A stretch of 56,871 bases of DNA. Source: Asanoa sp. (GTDB lineage Bacteria; Actinomycetota; Actinomycetes; Mycobacteriales; Micromonosporaceae). The stretch covers positions 1-56,871 of the forward strand of contig DATDJX010000444.1 in NCBI GenBank assembly GCA_036520275.1, written 5' to 3'. Of this stretch, positions 1-12,009 are shown piece by piece. The number at the start of each line of letters is the position of its first letter. The stretch's first letter is position 1. The notes under the pieces were generated by a model, which did not search any database, had not been told where the DNA came from, and was given only the letters and a program-made list of their open reading frames with translations. A program made the position numbers and the translations under genes.

Positions 1-810
1 GCGCTGCGCGGGCTCACCCGCAAGTACGCCGACGACGTCGACGGCGTCATCGCCTGGGCCGACCGGGCCCGCACCCGCCTCGCCGACCTCGACACGTCGG
101 ACGAGGTGCTCGACGAGCTCGACCGCGAGCGGCAGCGCCTCGAGGCGGAGGTCGGCGAGCTGGCCGGCCGGCTGTCGGCCGCGCGCCGCGAGGGCGCAGC
201 CCGCTTCTCCGATCAGGTCAGCGTCGAGCTCGCCGGGCTCGCGATGCCCCACGCCCGCGTCGACGTCGCGGTGCTGCCCAAGCCCGCGGGCCGCGGTGGC
301 GACCCGACGGTCGCCGTCGACGGCCGCCCGGTCGGCGTCGGGCCCGACGGCGCCGACGAGGTCGAGCTCCGGCTGACCGCCCACCCGGGCGCGCCGAGCC
401 TCCCGCTGCAGAAGGGCGCGTCCGGCGGCGAGCTCTCCCGGGTCATGCTCGCCATCGAGGTGGTGTTCGCCGGCTCCGGCGGGCCGCCCCCGCTGGTCTT
501 CGACGAGGTCGACGCCGGCGTCGGCGGCCAGGCAGCGGTGGAGATCGGCCGTCGGCTGGCCCGCCTGGCGAAGAGCCACCAGGTGCTTGTGGTCACCCAC
601 CTCCCGCAGGTCGCGGCCTTCGCCGACAGCCACCTGGTGGTGGCCAAGGACATCGACGGCGCGGTGACCACGAGCGGCGTGCGGGTGGTCGAAGACACCG
701 AACGCGCGCGCGAGCTGGCCCGCATGCTCGCCGGATTGCCGGATTCCGACCTGGGCATCGCCCACGCGGAGGAACTTCTGGCGGTGGCGGCCCGCGAGCG
801 CCGCGGCTAG
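1..810 (+). CDS. recN: DNA repair protein RecN, C-terminal part (5' end outside window)
   Basis: ABC signature ASGGELSR, Walker B LVFDEVDAG and H-loop VVTHLPQVAA; frame is open from base 1; lies upstream of steA. Confidence 0.95.
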   Translation, partial: ALRGLTRKYADDVDGVIAWADRARTRLADLDTSDEVLDELDRERQRLEAEVGELAGRLSAARREGAARFSDQVSVELAGLAMPHARVDVAVLPKPAGRGGDPTVAVDGRPVGVGPDGADEVELRLTAHPGAPSLPLQKGASGGELSRVMLAIEVVFAGSGGPPPLVFDEVDAGVGGQAAVEIGRRLARLAKSHQVLVVTHLPQVAAFADSHLVVAKDIDGAVTTSGVRVVEDTERARELARMLAGLPDSDLGIAHAEELLAVAARERRG

Positions 811-911
811 TTTCCCCCGCCGGCCGGCAATGGTTGCTTTCTGCTGCTAGCGTCCCTGCTCAGGCACGTTGGGGACGCAAGTCGCTCGCCGCGCGTGCCA
901 GGATGGTCCCG

Positions 912-2090
912 ATGCGTCTACCCACCCTGCGCCGAGCCCGGAACGCCGTACCGGGCACCACAACCGGCACCGCGCGCCTCGACCGCCGGACCAAGCGTCT
1001 GGTCGGCCGGTTGCGTCCGGGCGACATCGCCGTGATCGACCATGTCGACCTCGACCGGATCGCGGCCGACTCGCTCGTCGCGGTCGGTGTCGCCGCGGTG
1101 CTCAACGCCAAGCCCTCGATCTCCGGGCGCTACCCCAACCTCGGGCCGGAGGTGTTGGTTCAGGCCGGCATCCCGCTGGTGGACGACCTCGGCGAAGCGG
1201 TCTTCCAACATATCCGCGAAGGCGACACGGTCAAGCTGGAGGGCAACACGGTCTTCGTCGGCAGCGAGCCGATCGCCCACGGCGTGCGCCAGGACCCCGA
1301 GTCGGTGGCCAAGGCCAAGGAAGACGCCCGCGAGGGGCTGTCGGTGCAGCTGGAGGCGTTCGCGGCCAACACGATGGAATACCTCAAGCAGGAGCGCGAC
1401 CTGTTGCTCGACGGCGTCGGCGTGCCCGACATCGAGACCGACATGGCCGGGCGCCACTGCCTCATCGTCGTCCGGGGCTACGACTACAAGGAAGACCTCG
1501 ACGTCCTGCGGGCCTACATCCGCGAGTTCAAGCCGGTGCTGATCGGTGTCGACGGCGGCGCCGACGCGCTGGTCGAGGCGGGCTACACGCCCGACGTGAT
1601 CATCGGCGACATGGACTCGGTCACCGACGACGTCCTGCGATGCGGCGCCGAGGTGATCGTGCACGCCTACCCCGACGGGCGGTCGCCGGGCCTGCCGCGT
1701 GTGCAGCAGCTCGGCCTCAGCTCAGTGACCTTCCCGGCGGCGGCGACCAGCGAAGACCTGGCGATGCTGCTCGCCGACGACAAGGGCGCCTCGCTGATCG
1801 TCACGGTGGGCACCCACAACAACCTCGTCGAGTTCCTCGACAAGGGCCGCGGCGGGATGGCGTCGACGTTCCTGACCCAGCTGAAGGTGGGCGGAAAAGT
1901 GGTCGACGCCAAGGGCGTGAGCCGCCTCTACCGGCAGAGCATCTCCGGATCGTCCCTGCTCCTGCTCGTGCTGTCGGCGATCGCCGCGATGGCATCGGCC
2001 GTGGCCGTGTCCACGGTCGGCAAGGCCTATCTCGGGGTCGCGTCCGAGTGGTGGGACAATCTGGTCTTCCAGCTGGGACAGCTCTTCTAG
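912..2090 (+). CDS. steA: Putative cytokinetic ring protein SteA (thiamine pyrophosphokinase-like domain, C-terminal TM)
   Basis: Motifs RLDRRTKRL, SISGRYPNLGP, GVDGGADAL, EFLDKGRGGMASTFLT; conserved recN-steA-steB order; start set at ATG 912 (alternative 903). Confidence 0.85.
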   Translation: MRLPTLRRARNAVPGTTTGTARLDRRTKRLVGRLRPGDIAVIDHVDLDRIAADSLVAVGVAAVLNAKPSISGRYPNLGPEVLVQAGIPLVDDLGEAVFQHIREGDTVKLEGNTVFVGSEPIAHGVRQDPESVAKAKEDAREGLSVQLEAFAANTMEYLKQERDLLLDGVGVPDIETDMAGRHCLIVVRGYDYKEDLDVLRAYIREFKPVLIGVDGGADALVEAGYTPDVIIGDMDSVTDDVLRCGAEVIVHAYPDGRSPGLPRVQQLGLSSVTFPAAATSEDLAMLLADDKGASLIVTVGTHNNLVEFLDKGRGGMASTFLTQLKVGGKVVDAKGVSRLYRQSISGSSLLLLVLSAIAAMASAVAVSTVGKAYLGVASEWWDNLVFQLGQLF

Positions 2091-2128
2091 TCCCGTCGAA
2101 AGCACCGAGCGATACAAGAGGCTGCAGC

Positions 2129-3079
2129 GTGATCAATTTCCGGTACCACGTGGTGTCCCTCACCGCGGTGTTCCTTGCGCTGGCCATCGGGCTGGTCGTC
2201 GGGACGGCGGCGCTCAACGGCCCGGTCGCCGACTCGCTCAACAACCGGGTCACCGAGCTGCGCAAGGACAACACCCAGCTGCGCGACACGGTCAGCAGCC
2301 TGGAGGAGCAGCTCAATCGGGAGGAAGACTTCGCCAGCGAGTCCGCCCAGCTGATGCTCCCCGGGCGGCTGACCGGCCGCCGGGTGCTGCTGGTGACGCT
2401 GCCGACCGGCCGCGACCACGTCGACGCCGTCCGTTCGATGCTGACCACCGCGGGCGCCACGATCACCGGCCGGATCGACATCCAGGACTCGTTCATCAAC
2501 CCGGAAAACGCCGAGGAGCTGCTCTACCTCGCCACCCAGGCCGCCCAACCGACCATCCCGACCACCGGCCTTCCCGCCAACAGCGACGGTGTGGAGACCG
2601 CGAGCGCGCTGCTCGCCAGCGCCGTTCTCGACCGGGCCCAGGGCGCGGCGGCCGCGGCGCCCGCCGACATCAAGGCGCTGCTCGCGGCGTACGAGAAGGC
2701 GGGGTACATCGGTTACGCGGACCCCAACAAGGACAAGGTGACCGCGCCCGCCGAGGCCGCCGTGCTGGTCAGCGGCCTGCCCTACACCGACAAGGACTCC
2801 ACCAAGAAGGACGAGGCGGTCGTCACGCTGGTCAGCCAGTTCGACCGGGCCGGCGCGGAGGTCGTCGCCGGCAACGGCGCGGGCGACGGCAACGTCGTGG
2901 CCGCGATCCGCGGCGACGGCGGCCTCAGCAAGTCGATCACCACGGTCGACAACGCCAACACGGTCCAGGGCCAGGTGGTCACCGCGCTCGCGACAGCCGA
3001 GCAGGTCACGCAGCACAAGGCCGGCCAGTACGGGCTGGGCGCCGGCGCCGCCTCCCTGATGCCGAAGCAACCCGCATGA
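2129..3079 (+). CDS. steB: SteB / MctB 'copper transporter' family protein
   Basis: N-terminus [21 protein letters not shown] then a coiled coil, TVDNA motif, C-terminal GQYG; GTG start after GAGG. Confidence 0.85.
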   Translation: MINFRYHVVSLTAVFLALAIGLVVGTAALNGPVADSLNNRVTELRKDNTQLRDTVSSLEEQLNREEDFASESAQLMLPGRLTGRRVLLVTLPTGRDHVDAVRSMLTTAGATITGRIDIQDSFINPENAEELLYLATQAAQPTIPTTGLPANSDGVETASALLASAVLDRAQGAAAAAPADIKALLAAYEKAGYIGYADPNKDKVTAPAEAAVLVSGLPYTDKDSTKKDEAVVTLVSQFDRAGAEVVAGNGAGDGNVVAAIRGDGGLSKSITTVDNANTVQGQVVTALATAEQVTQHKAGQYGLGAGAASLMPKQPA

Positions 3080-3176
3080 CGTCCGCCCGCCGCCCCACCG
3101 ACCGGGACCACATCATGCTCCATGTCGGACAATTCGCCGAGATGGCCGCAGGATCGGCAGCGAGGGAGGTGCGGGG

Positions 3177-4013
3177 GTGCGGAAGCTGATCGCCGCCGCG
3201 GCCGGTGCGTACGCCGCCCGGACCGCGCTCGCCGCCCTGGGCAGCTCTCCGGCCGCGCCGGCCCTGGAACGCACCAACTTCCGCGGCCGCACCGTCACCC
3301 TGGCGGGCGGTCCCGCGCTCGCGGCCGGCGGCGCGCTCGCCGCCGCCGGCGGCGCCAGCAGCGGGCCGGCCGCCGCGGCCGCCCTCGTCGCCGGCCTGGC
3401 TTCGGGGGCCGTCGGCCTTTACGACGACGCGGTCGGCGGCCGGCCCGAGCACAAGGCCAAGGGCTTCGCCGGCCATCTCGGCGCGCTGCGCGACGGCCGG
3501 GTCACCAGCGGCCTCGTCAAGATCGCCGGGGTGGGCGCCGCCGGTCTCGCCGCCGCCGCCCTGCTCGCCGCCGACCCCGCGCGCAGGCGCCGTGGCCGCG
3601 TGGGCACGCTCGTCGACGTCGCCCTCGGCGCCAGCGTCGTCGCCGGCACGGCCAACCTGTTCAACCTGCTCGACCTGCGCCCGGGCCGGGCCATCAAGGC
3701 CGGCCTGATCGTCGGCGCGCCGTTGGCGGCCGGCCGGGCCGGCGGGCTTGCCGCCGGCACGCTCGGGGCCGCGGCCGGCGTGCTGCCCGACGACCTCGAC
3801 GAGCGGGTCATGCTGGGCGACGCGGGCGCGAATGCGCTCGGCGCCCTGCTCGGCGTCGCGGTCGCCGCCCGCACCGGCCCGGTCGGCCGGGCCGCCGTCC
3901 TCGCCGCGGTGGGCGCGCTGACGGCCGCGAGCGAGCGGGTCAGCTTCACCGCGGTGATCCAGCACACCAGGGGCCTGCGCGAGCTCGACGCGCTGGGCCG
4001 CCGCCGAGACTGA
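3177..4013 (+). CDS. MraY/WecA-like polyprenyl-phosphate sugar-1-phosphate transferase-like membrane protein
   Basis: Hydrophobic; [18 protein letters not shown] and [11 protein letters not shown] resemble the MraY DD, NxxNxxDG and FMGDxG motifs; RBS GGGAGG. Confidence 0.65.
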   Translation: MRKLIAAAAGAYAARTALAALGSSPAAPALERTNFRGRTVTLAGGPALAAGGALAAAGGASSGPAAAAALVAGLASGAVGLYDDAVGGRPEHKAKGFAGHLGALRDGRVTSGLVKIAGVGAAGLAAAALLAADPARRRRGRVGTLVDVALGASVVAGTANLFNLLDLRPGRAIKAGLIVGAPLAAGRAGGLAAGTLGAAAGVLPDDLDERVMLGDAGANALGALLGVAVAARTGPVGRAAVLAAVGALTAASERVSFTAVIQHTRGLRELDALGRRRD

Positions 4014-4097
4014 CGTGCGAGGGATCCGCGCACGCGACCCCGCGCGCGGCCTCTCCCTCGACAAGAACACAGTTCCTGTCGTTGTCGGGGCGTACGC

Positions 4098-5723
4098 GTG
4101 AGCCCGCCCGCCGTGCCCTCTCCCGTCCCCGCCGAGCGGGTCGCCCGCAACGCCGGCGTCATCGGCGCGCTGACCGTCGTGAGCCGGGTAGCCGGCTTCG
4201 GGCGGACGGCCGTCCTCGGCTGGACGGTCGGCGCCACCGTGCTCGGCGGCATCTACCTGACCGCCAACACCGTCCCCAACATCATCTTCGAGATCGTTGC
4301 TGGCGGTGCGCTCGCCGCGCTCGTCGTACCGCTGCTCGCCGCCCACGTGGCCGCGAACGACCGGGCCGAGGTCTCCGCCACCGCGTCGGCGCTGCTGACC
4401 CGCGCCTTCGCCGCGCTCGTCCCGCTCGCGGTCGCGGTCGCGCTCGCCGCCGGTCCGATCATCGACGCCCTCGCGCCGAACGCGAGCCCACAGGCGCGCG
4501 ACGTCGGCGCGCTCATGTTGCGGATCTTCGCGGCGCAACTGCCGCTGTACGGGGTCGCGGTGGTGCTGATCGGCGTGCTGCAGGCAAACCGGCGCTTCGC
4601 CTGGCCGGTGCTCGCACCGCTGTTGTCCAGCGTCGTCGTCGCGACCACGTACGCCGTCTTCGCACTCACCCAGGGCCGACGGGCCGACCTGCCGACCGTC
4701 GGCACCGGCGGCCAGCTCATCCTGGCCGTCGGAACGACCACGGGCGTCGCCGTGCTCGCGCTCTGCCTGCTCGTCCCCCTGCGCGGCATCGGCGTGCGGC
4801 TGCGTCCCGCGTGGCGGTTGCCGGCCGGCAGCGCCCGGGCGGCCCGTGGCCTCGCCGCCGCGGGCGTCGTGACGGTCGGCCTGCAGCAGGTCGCGGTGCT
4901 GGTCACCCTGCGCCTCGCGAACGGCGGCCCGAAGGGCGCGCTGCTCGTGTTCACCGTGGCCCAGGCGGTCTACCTGCTGCCCTGGTCGGTGCTCGCCGTG
5001 CCACCGGCCACCGCCGTCTACCCGTCGATCGCCGAGGCGTACGCGACCGGCGACGAGTCGCGCTACCGGCAGCGGCTCGCGCCCGCCACCCGAGGCGTGG
5101 TGCTGCTCGCCTGCCTGGGTGCGGCCACGCTGATCGCGGTTGCCCGCCCCGCCGAGGTGTTCTTCGGCCTGTCCGGCCTCGCCGGCGCGGTCGTCGCCCT
5201 CGCCCCCGGGCTGGTCGGCTACGGCCTGTTCGCGGTGCTCTCCCGTGCCCTGTATGCCCGTCATGCCCCGGCCGCCGCCGCCGCGGCGACTGGCGTCGGC
5301 TGGCTCGCCGTGGCGGCCGCCGCACCGGTGCTCGCCGCGGTCCTGCCGGACACCCGCCGGCTGATCGCGTTGGGTGCCGCCACCTCGATCGGCATGGCGC
5401 TGCTCGGCGCACTTCTCGTCGGCGCGGTGGTCCGCCGCGCCGGGCGGACGGCCCTCGCCGGCCTCGCCCGGGCGCTCGCCGTCGGCCTGTTCGCCGGCGC
5501 GGTGGCGGCCGCCGCGGGCGCCGGGGTCGGCGCCCTCACCGGCGGCACCCCGACGACGCTCGGCGCCCTTGGGCAGGGCATGCTGTGCGGAGCCGTCGTG
5601 GCGGCGGCCTTCCTCGCGGTCGCCTATCCGCTCGACCGCCACGACGTGCGTCCGGCGGTCGCGGGCATCCTGCGGCGGCTGCGCCGGGCGCAGCGGGGGA
5701 CCGAGGGGGGTGTGACACGGTGA
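4098..5723 (+). CDS. MurJ/MviN-family lipid-linked glycan flippase
   Basis: SRVAGFGR and ANTVPNIIFEIVAGGAL motifs; many TM segments. Confidence 0.8.
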   Translation: MSPPAVPSPVPAERVARNAGVIGALTVVSRVAGFGRTAVLGWTVGATVLGGIYLTANTVPNIIFEIVAGGALAALVVPLLAAHVAANDRAEVSATASALLTRAFAALVPLAVAVALAAGPIIDALAPNASPQARDVGALMLRIFAAQLPLYGVAVVLIGVLQANRRFAWPVLAPLLSSVVVATTYAVFALTQGRRADLPTVGTGGQLILAVGTTTGVAVLALCLLVPLRGIGVRLRPAWRLPAGSARAARGLAAAGVVTVGLQQVAVLVTLRLANGGPKGALLVFTVAQAVYLLPWSVLAVPPATAVYPSIAEAYATGDESRYRQRLAPATRGVVLLACLGAATLIAVARPAEVFFGLSGLAGAVVALAPGLVGYGLFAVLSRALYARHAPAAAAAATGVGWLAVAAAAPVLAAVLPDTRRLIALGAATSIGMALLGALLVGAVVRRAGRTALAGLARALAVGLFAGAVAAAAGAGVGALTGGTPTTLGALGQGMLCGAVVAAAFLAVAYPLDRHDVRPAVAGILRRLRRAQRGTEGGVTR

Positions 5724-6901
5724 GTGATGGCTGGGCCGGCTCCGTGTGCCTCGTGCTCGCCTCCAGCACCGGCGGCGTCGGCCAGCACGTCCTGTCCCTC
5801 GTCCGCGGGCTGTCCGCCGGCGGCGCCGTGGTCACCGTCTGCGGCCCGGCGGCGACCGAGGAGCATTTCCGGTTCACGGAAGCCGGTCGCACGATCCGGT
5901 TCGTCCCGATCGAGATCCCGGCGAACCCCACCCCCGGGGACGGCCGCGCGGTCGGCGCCCTGCGCCGCGTGCTCGCCGGCCCGATCGACCTGGTACACGC
6001 CCACGGCCTGCGCGCCGGGCTCGTGGCCGCCCTGGCCCGGCCGCGTCAACCGCTGGTCGTGACCTGGCACAACGCGGTGATCACCGGGGGCGTGCGCGGC
6101 GGCGCCGCGCGCCTCGCCGAGCGGCTCGTGGCCCGCGCGGCCGCGGTGACCATCGGCGCCTCCGACGACCTCGTGTCGCGCGCCACCCTGCTCGGTGCCC
6201 GCGACGCGCGGCTCGTCCCGGTCGCCGCGCCCGACCTCAAGCCGGCGCGGCGCGGCGCCCCAGCCGTCCGAGCCGAGCTCGGCATCGGCCGCGGCGAGCC
6301 CCTCGTGCTCTCCGTCGGCCGGCTGCACCCGCAGAAGCGCTACGAGGTGCTGATCGACGCGGCGGCGGGCTGGCGGGGCCTGGACCCCGCGCCGGCAGTG
6401 GTGATCGCCGGCTCCGGCCCGGCCTACCTGCAGCTGGCCGCGCGGATCTCGGCCAAGCGGGCTCCCGTCGTGCTGCTCGGCCACCGCAACGACGTCGCCG
6501 ACCTGCTCGCGGCCGCCACGGTGGCGGTCGTGACCAGCGACTGGGAGGCTCGGCAGCTGTTCGCCCAGGAGGCGCTTCGGGCCGGCGTTGCGCTGGTGTC
6601 CACCGCCGTCGGCGGCATCCCCGACCTCGTCGGCGACGCCGCGGTGCTCGTGCCCGCCGGCGACGTCGCCGCGGTCGAGGCGGCCGTCCGCGAGCTGCTC
6701 GACGACCCCGACCGGCGCGCCGAGCTGGTCCGCCGCGGGCGGGAGCGGGCCGCGGCATGGCCCGACGAGGCGCAGACCCTCGGTCGGGTCCGCGGCGTAT
6801 ACGCCGAGCTGGTGCCGGCGCGGGCCGGGACGCAGGCGGCAGCGGGGGAGCCGATGGACGGGCCGTCACCCGACCGGCCGCCGGTGGAGCGGGAACGATG
6901 A
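5720..6901 (+). CDS. GT4 (GT-B) glycosyltransferase
   Basis: GGVGQHV, VHAHG, VGRLHPQK, S-x-WE...EAL, TAVGGIPDLV; GTGA overlap with the upstream stop. Confidence 0.85.
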   Translation: MSDGWAGSVCLVLASSTGGVGQHVLSLVRGLSAGGAVVTVCGPAATEEHFRFTEAGRTIRFVPIEIPANPTPGDGRAVGALRRVLAGPIDLVHAHGLRAGLVAALARPRQPLVVTWHNAVITGGVRGGAARLAERLVARAAAVTIGASDDLVSRATLLGARDARLVPVAAPDLKPARRGAPAVRAELGIGRGEPLVLSVGRLHPQKRYEVLIDAAAGWRGLDPAPAVVIAGSGPAYLQLAARISAKRAPVVLLGHRNDVADLLAAATVAVVTSDWEARQLFAQEALRAGVALVSTAVGGIPDLVGDAAVLVPAGDVAAVEAAVRELLDDPDRRAELVRRGRERAAAWPDEAQTLGRVRGVYAELVPARAGTQAAAGEPMDGPSPDRPPVERER

Positions 6902-9084
6902 CGCGCCGGCTCGCCCCGTATCTTTGGGTAGCCGTCGTGCTGCTGGTCTCCGGCGGGTTGGCCGTGCCGTCCGGCTCGCCCGCTTCGGCGCAGGTGGCCC
7001 GTACCGCCGACTATGTGATCATCGCCGGCGTGCCCGGCCTGCGCTGGGACGACGTCAACGCGACCGACACGCCCAACCTGTGGCAGCTGGCCGGGCACGG
7101 CTCGATCGGCTCGCTGTCGGTGCGCTCGGCGATGCGCCCCACCTGCCCCGTGGACGGCTGGCTCACGCTCGGCGCGGGCAACTACGCCGGCTGGGAGCGC
7201 GCCGAGCCGGTCACCCAGCAGTGCCCGCCGCCGGGCGTGCTCGTCGAACGGCCGGACGGGATCGGCGCGTTCCTGCCCGACCTCGAGGAACGGGGCGTGC
7301 GGTACAACGAGCAGCTCACCTGGGGTGCGGTGCCCGGCGCGCTCGCCGGGTCGGTGCGGTGCACCGTCGCCGTCGGCGCGGGCGCGGCGGTCGGCTCCGC
7401 GCGCCCGTTCGGCCGGGTCGACCGGTACGAGCCGGCGCTGCCCACCGACCCGCGGCAGCTGTTCGGCTCCTGCGTGCTCAGCATGGTCGACCTCGGCACG
7501 GTCAGCGGCGACGACCCGGCTGCCCGCAAGGCGGCGGCGATCCGCGCCGACGCGCTGCTCGCCAAGGTGCTCGCCGCCCGTCCGGAGCGCTCACTCGTGA
7601 TGGTCGCCGGTCTCGCCGACACCGACCAGTCGTCGCGGCTGCACGTCGCCATCGCCGACGGCCCCGGCTGGGACGGCGGCTGGCTTACTTCGCCGAGCAC
7701 CGGCCGCGACGGGTACGTCCAGCTCATCGACCTCGCACCGACGGCGCTGAGCGCGCTGGGCCGAACGCTGCCGGACAAGCTGTTCGTCGGCCAGCCGGCC
7801 ACCGCCCAACCAGGGCGGCCGACCGGCCTGGCCACCGCGATCACGTTCCCGGCCGACGCGGACCGCGAGGCCGGTGCCCAGCGGTCGGTCGCTACCTGGT
7901 TCTTCGCGATCCTCGCCGTCCTGCAGCTGGCGCTCGCGATCGCTGTCGTGCCGCTGCTGCGCCGGGCCCGCCGGCACGCCGGACCGACCGGCCCGGAGCC
8001 GGTCCGGCGGTCGGTGGTCGCCACGGTCGAGCTACTGCTCGTGTCGGCGGCACTCGCGATCCCGGCGGCCTTGGTCGTCGACGCGGTGCCCTGGTGGCGG
8101 GCCGGGCAGCCCGGCCTGGTGTTCGCGGCGGTCACCGTCGCGTTGCTGGTCGCCGCCACAACCGCCGTCCGGATGGCGCCCGTGTACGGCCGTACCCTCG
8201 CGCCCATGGCGATCGTGGCCGCGGCCGGCGCGGCCGCCGTCGGGGTCGACCTGTTGACCGGCGCCCAGTTGCAACTCAACGGCGTGGCCGGCTACTCGGC
8301 GGTGGAGGGCGTGCGCTACTCCGGCGTCGGCACCATCGGCCTCGGCGTGTTCCTCACCGGGGTGCTGCTGGGTGCCGGTTGCCTGGCGCAGCGCGCGACC
8401 CGGCCGTGGCGCCCGGCCGTCATCGTCGTCGTCGGCGGCATGGGCGTGGTGCTGGTCGGCAGCCCCTACCTCGGCGCCGACCCGATCGGCGCGGTCGCCC
8501 TCACGGCGGGCGTGGCCATCGCGGCCGCCATCAGCACGGGCGGCTGGCTCACGGTGGGCCGGCTCGCCGCCGCCACCGTGGCGGGCATCGCGGTGACGAT
8601 CGGATTCGCGCTGATCGACCTGCGCCGGCCGGCGAACGAGCGCAGCAGCCTCGGCCGGTTCGTCGAGGCGCTGGCCGAGGGGACCGGCGGCACCACCCTG
8701 CACCGGGCCGGCGCGGCCAACGTCGAGGCGTTCGTGGGTAGCCCGCTGCCCGCGCTCGCGCTCATCGGCGCCGTCCTGCTGTGGTTCGCGCTGTTGCGCG
8801 ACTGGGGCGGTCTCAAGCGCGCGTTCGGGCTGTACCCGGCCGTGCGGGCCGCGATGGTCGGCGTCGGCGTGGCGTCGGTGATCGGCGGGCTGCTCGGCGG
8901 GTCGGCGTTCGACCTGGCGGGCGCCGCCGCCGCGGTGACCGTGCCGTTGGCGGCCGTCGCCGCGCTGCGGGTGCTCGACCACGCGGCCGACCGGACCCGC
9001 CCGCCGCACGTGCCGGCCGCCGACGATCCGAATCCACCGGCGCGGGTCGAGATCGTGCCGGCCACCAAACCCGCCCCTGCGTGA
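6898..9084 (+). CDS. Membrane protein: exported alkaline-phosphatase/phosphoglyceromutase-like domain plus multi-TM C-terminal domain
   Basis: Signal peptide; IAGVPGLRWDD..TPNLW, LTSPSTGRDGYVQLIDLAPT, GVRYSGVG; about 10 TM helices; ATGA overlap. Confidence 0.6.
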   Translation: MTRRLAPYLWVAVVLLVSGGLAVPSGSPASAQVARTADYVIIAGVPGLRWDDVNATDTPNLWQLAGHGSIGSLSVRSAMRPTCPVDGWLTLGAGNYAGWERAEPVTQQCPPPGVLVERPDGIGAFLPDLEERGVRYNEQLTWGAVPGALAGSVRCTVAVGAGAAVGSARPFGRVDRYEPALPTDPRQLFGSCVLSMVDLGTVSGDDPAARKAAAIRADALLAKVLAARPERSLVMVAGLADTDQSSRLHVAIADGPGWDGGWLTSPSTGRDGYVQLIDLAPTALSALGRTLPDKLFVGQPATAQPGRPTGLATAITFPADADREAGAQRSVATWFFAILAVLQLALAIAVVPLLRRARRHAGPTGPEPVRRSVVATVELLLVSAALAIPAALVVDAVPWWRAGQPGLVFAAVTVALLVAATTAVRMAPVYGRTLAPMAIVAAAGAAAVGVDLLTGAQLQLNGVAGYSAVEGVRYSGVGTIGLGVFLTGVLLGAGCLAQRATRPWRPAVIVVVGGMGVVLVGSPYLGADPIGAVALTAGVAIAAAISTGGWLTVGRLAAATVAGIAVTIGFALIDLRRPANERSSLGRFVEALAEGTGGTTLHRAGAANVEAFVGSPLPALALIGAVLLWFALLRDWGGLKRAFGLYPAVRAAMVGVGVASVIGGLLGGSAFDLAGAAAAVTVPLAAVAALRVLDHAADRTRPPHVPAADDPNPPARVEIVPATKPAPA

Positions 9085-9227
9085 GCGATGGTCTCGGTCC
9101 ATCACGACGCGGTCGCCTCGACGCTCCCGCCATCGGCGGGACGCCCAGGGTGGCGCCCGGATCCTCCCGCGGACGGGACCGGGCGCGGCGCGCCGGGTCG
9201 CCCGGCGGGTGCCATTGCCCGTCGAGG

Positions 9228-11149
<1,922 letters not shown>

Positions 11150-11153
<4 letters not shown>

Positions 11154-11740
11154 GCGTGTTCGAGGTCCACGAGCGGATCCCGCGGTACGAGGGACAGATC
11201 TTCACGCTCGTGACCGACAAGGTGGAGATGCCCGGCGGGAAGGTCGTGACCCGCGACTACGTCCGGCATCCCGGCGCCGTCGGGGTCGTGCCCTACGACG
11301 ACAGACGGGTGCTGCTGGTCCGGCAGTACCGCCCGGCGCTCGGCCGCGAGCTCTGGGAGCTGCCGGCCGGCCTGGTCGACGTGGCGGGCGAGGAGGCGCC
11401 GATCACCGCCCAGCGCGAGCTGGGGGAGGAGGCCGACCTGCGCGCCGGCCGGCTCGACCTGCTGGTCGACCTGCATCTGTCGCCCGGCATGTCCAACGAG
11501 CGGATCCGGCTGTTCCTGGCCCGTGACCTGTCACCGGTGCCGGACGCCGACCGGCACGAACGCCACGACGAGGAGGCCGTGCTGACGGCGAGCTGGTTCG
11601 ACCTCGACGAGGCGATCGCGATGATCTTCCGCGGCGAGATCACCAACGCCTCCGCCGTCGGCGGGCTGCTCGCGACCGCACACGCACGCGACGCCGGCTG
11701 GTCCACCCTGCGCCCCGCGGACACCCCGCCCCCGGCGTAG
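11150..11740 (+). CDS. NUDIX hydrolase (ADP-ribose pyrophosphatase, NudF-like)
   Basis: Nudix box GLVDVAGEEAPITAQRELGEEAD, HPGAV, SPG; conserved position after pyrG. Confidence 0.9.
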
Positions 11741-11751
11741 CCCGTCCATCC

Positions 11752-11809
11752 TGCGGTTTCCACCCTCCGCACTCGGGGCATACGCCGCGAAAGGCAAGCG
11801 GAAACCGCA
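11752..11809. repeat. 10-bp inverted repeat (REP-like hairpin or terminator) after the NUDIX gene
   Basis: TGCGGTTTCC 11752-11761 / GGAAACCGCA 11800-11809. Confidence 0.5.
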
Positions 11810-11938
11810 CGATCGCCCGGGTATGGGCGGGCGGGCGCGCGTGTCGCTACCCTGGTGCTGCGTCGTCGGCTGACAGTCCGTCAGCGCAGGCGCGCACCGG
11901 CTGTCACAGTGCGCCCTCCCCGGCGCCCGCGCCGCACC

Positions 11939-11944
11939 TAGACT
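11939..11944 (+). promoter_or_regulatory. Probable housekeeping-sigma -10 element of ald
   Basis: TAGACT about 65 nt upstream of the ald start. Confidence 0.35.
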
Positions 11945-12009
11945 GCCGCCGGGCGACGCGCACGCGTCCGTCAACGGTGACGGGCGCCGCCAGGAGAGGG
12001 GTCAGCATC

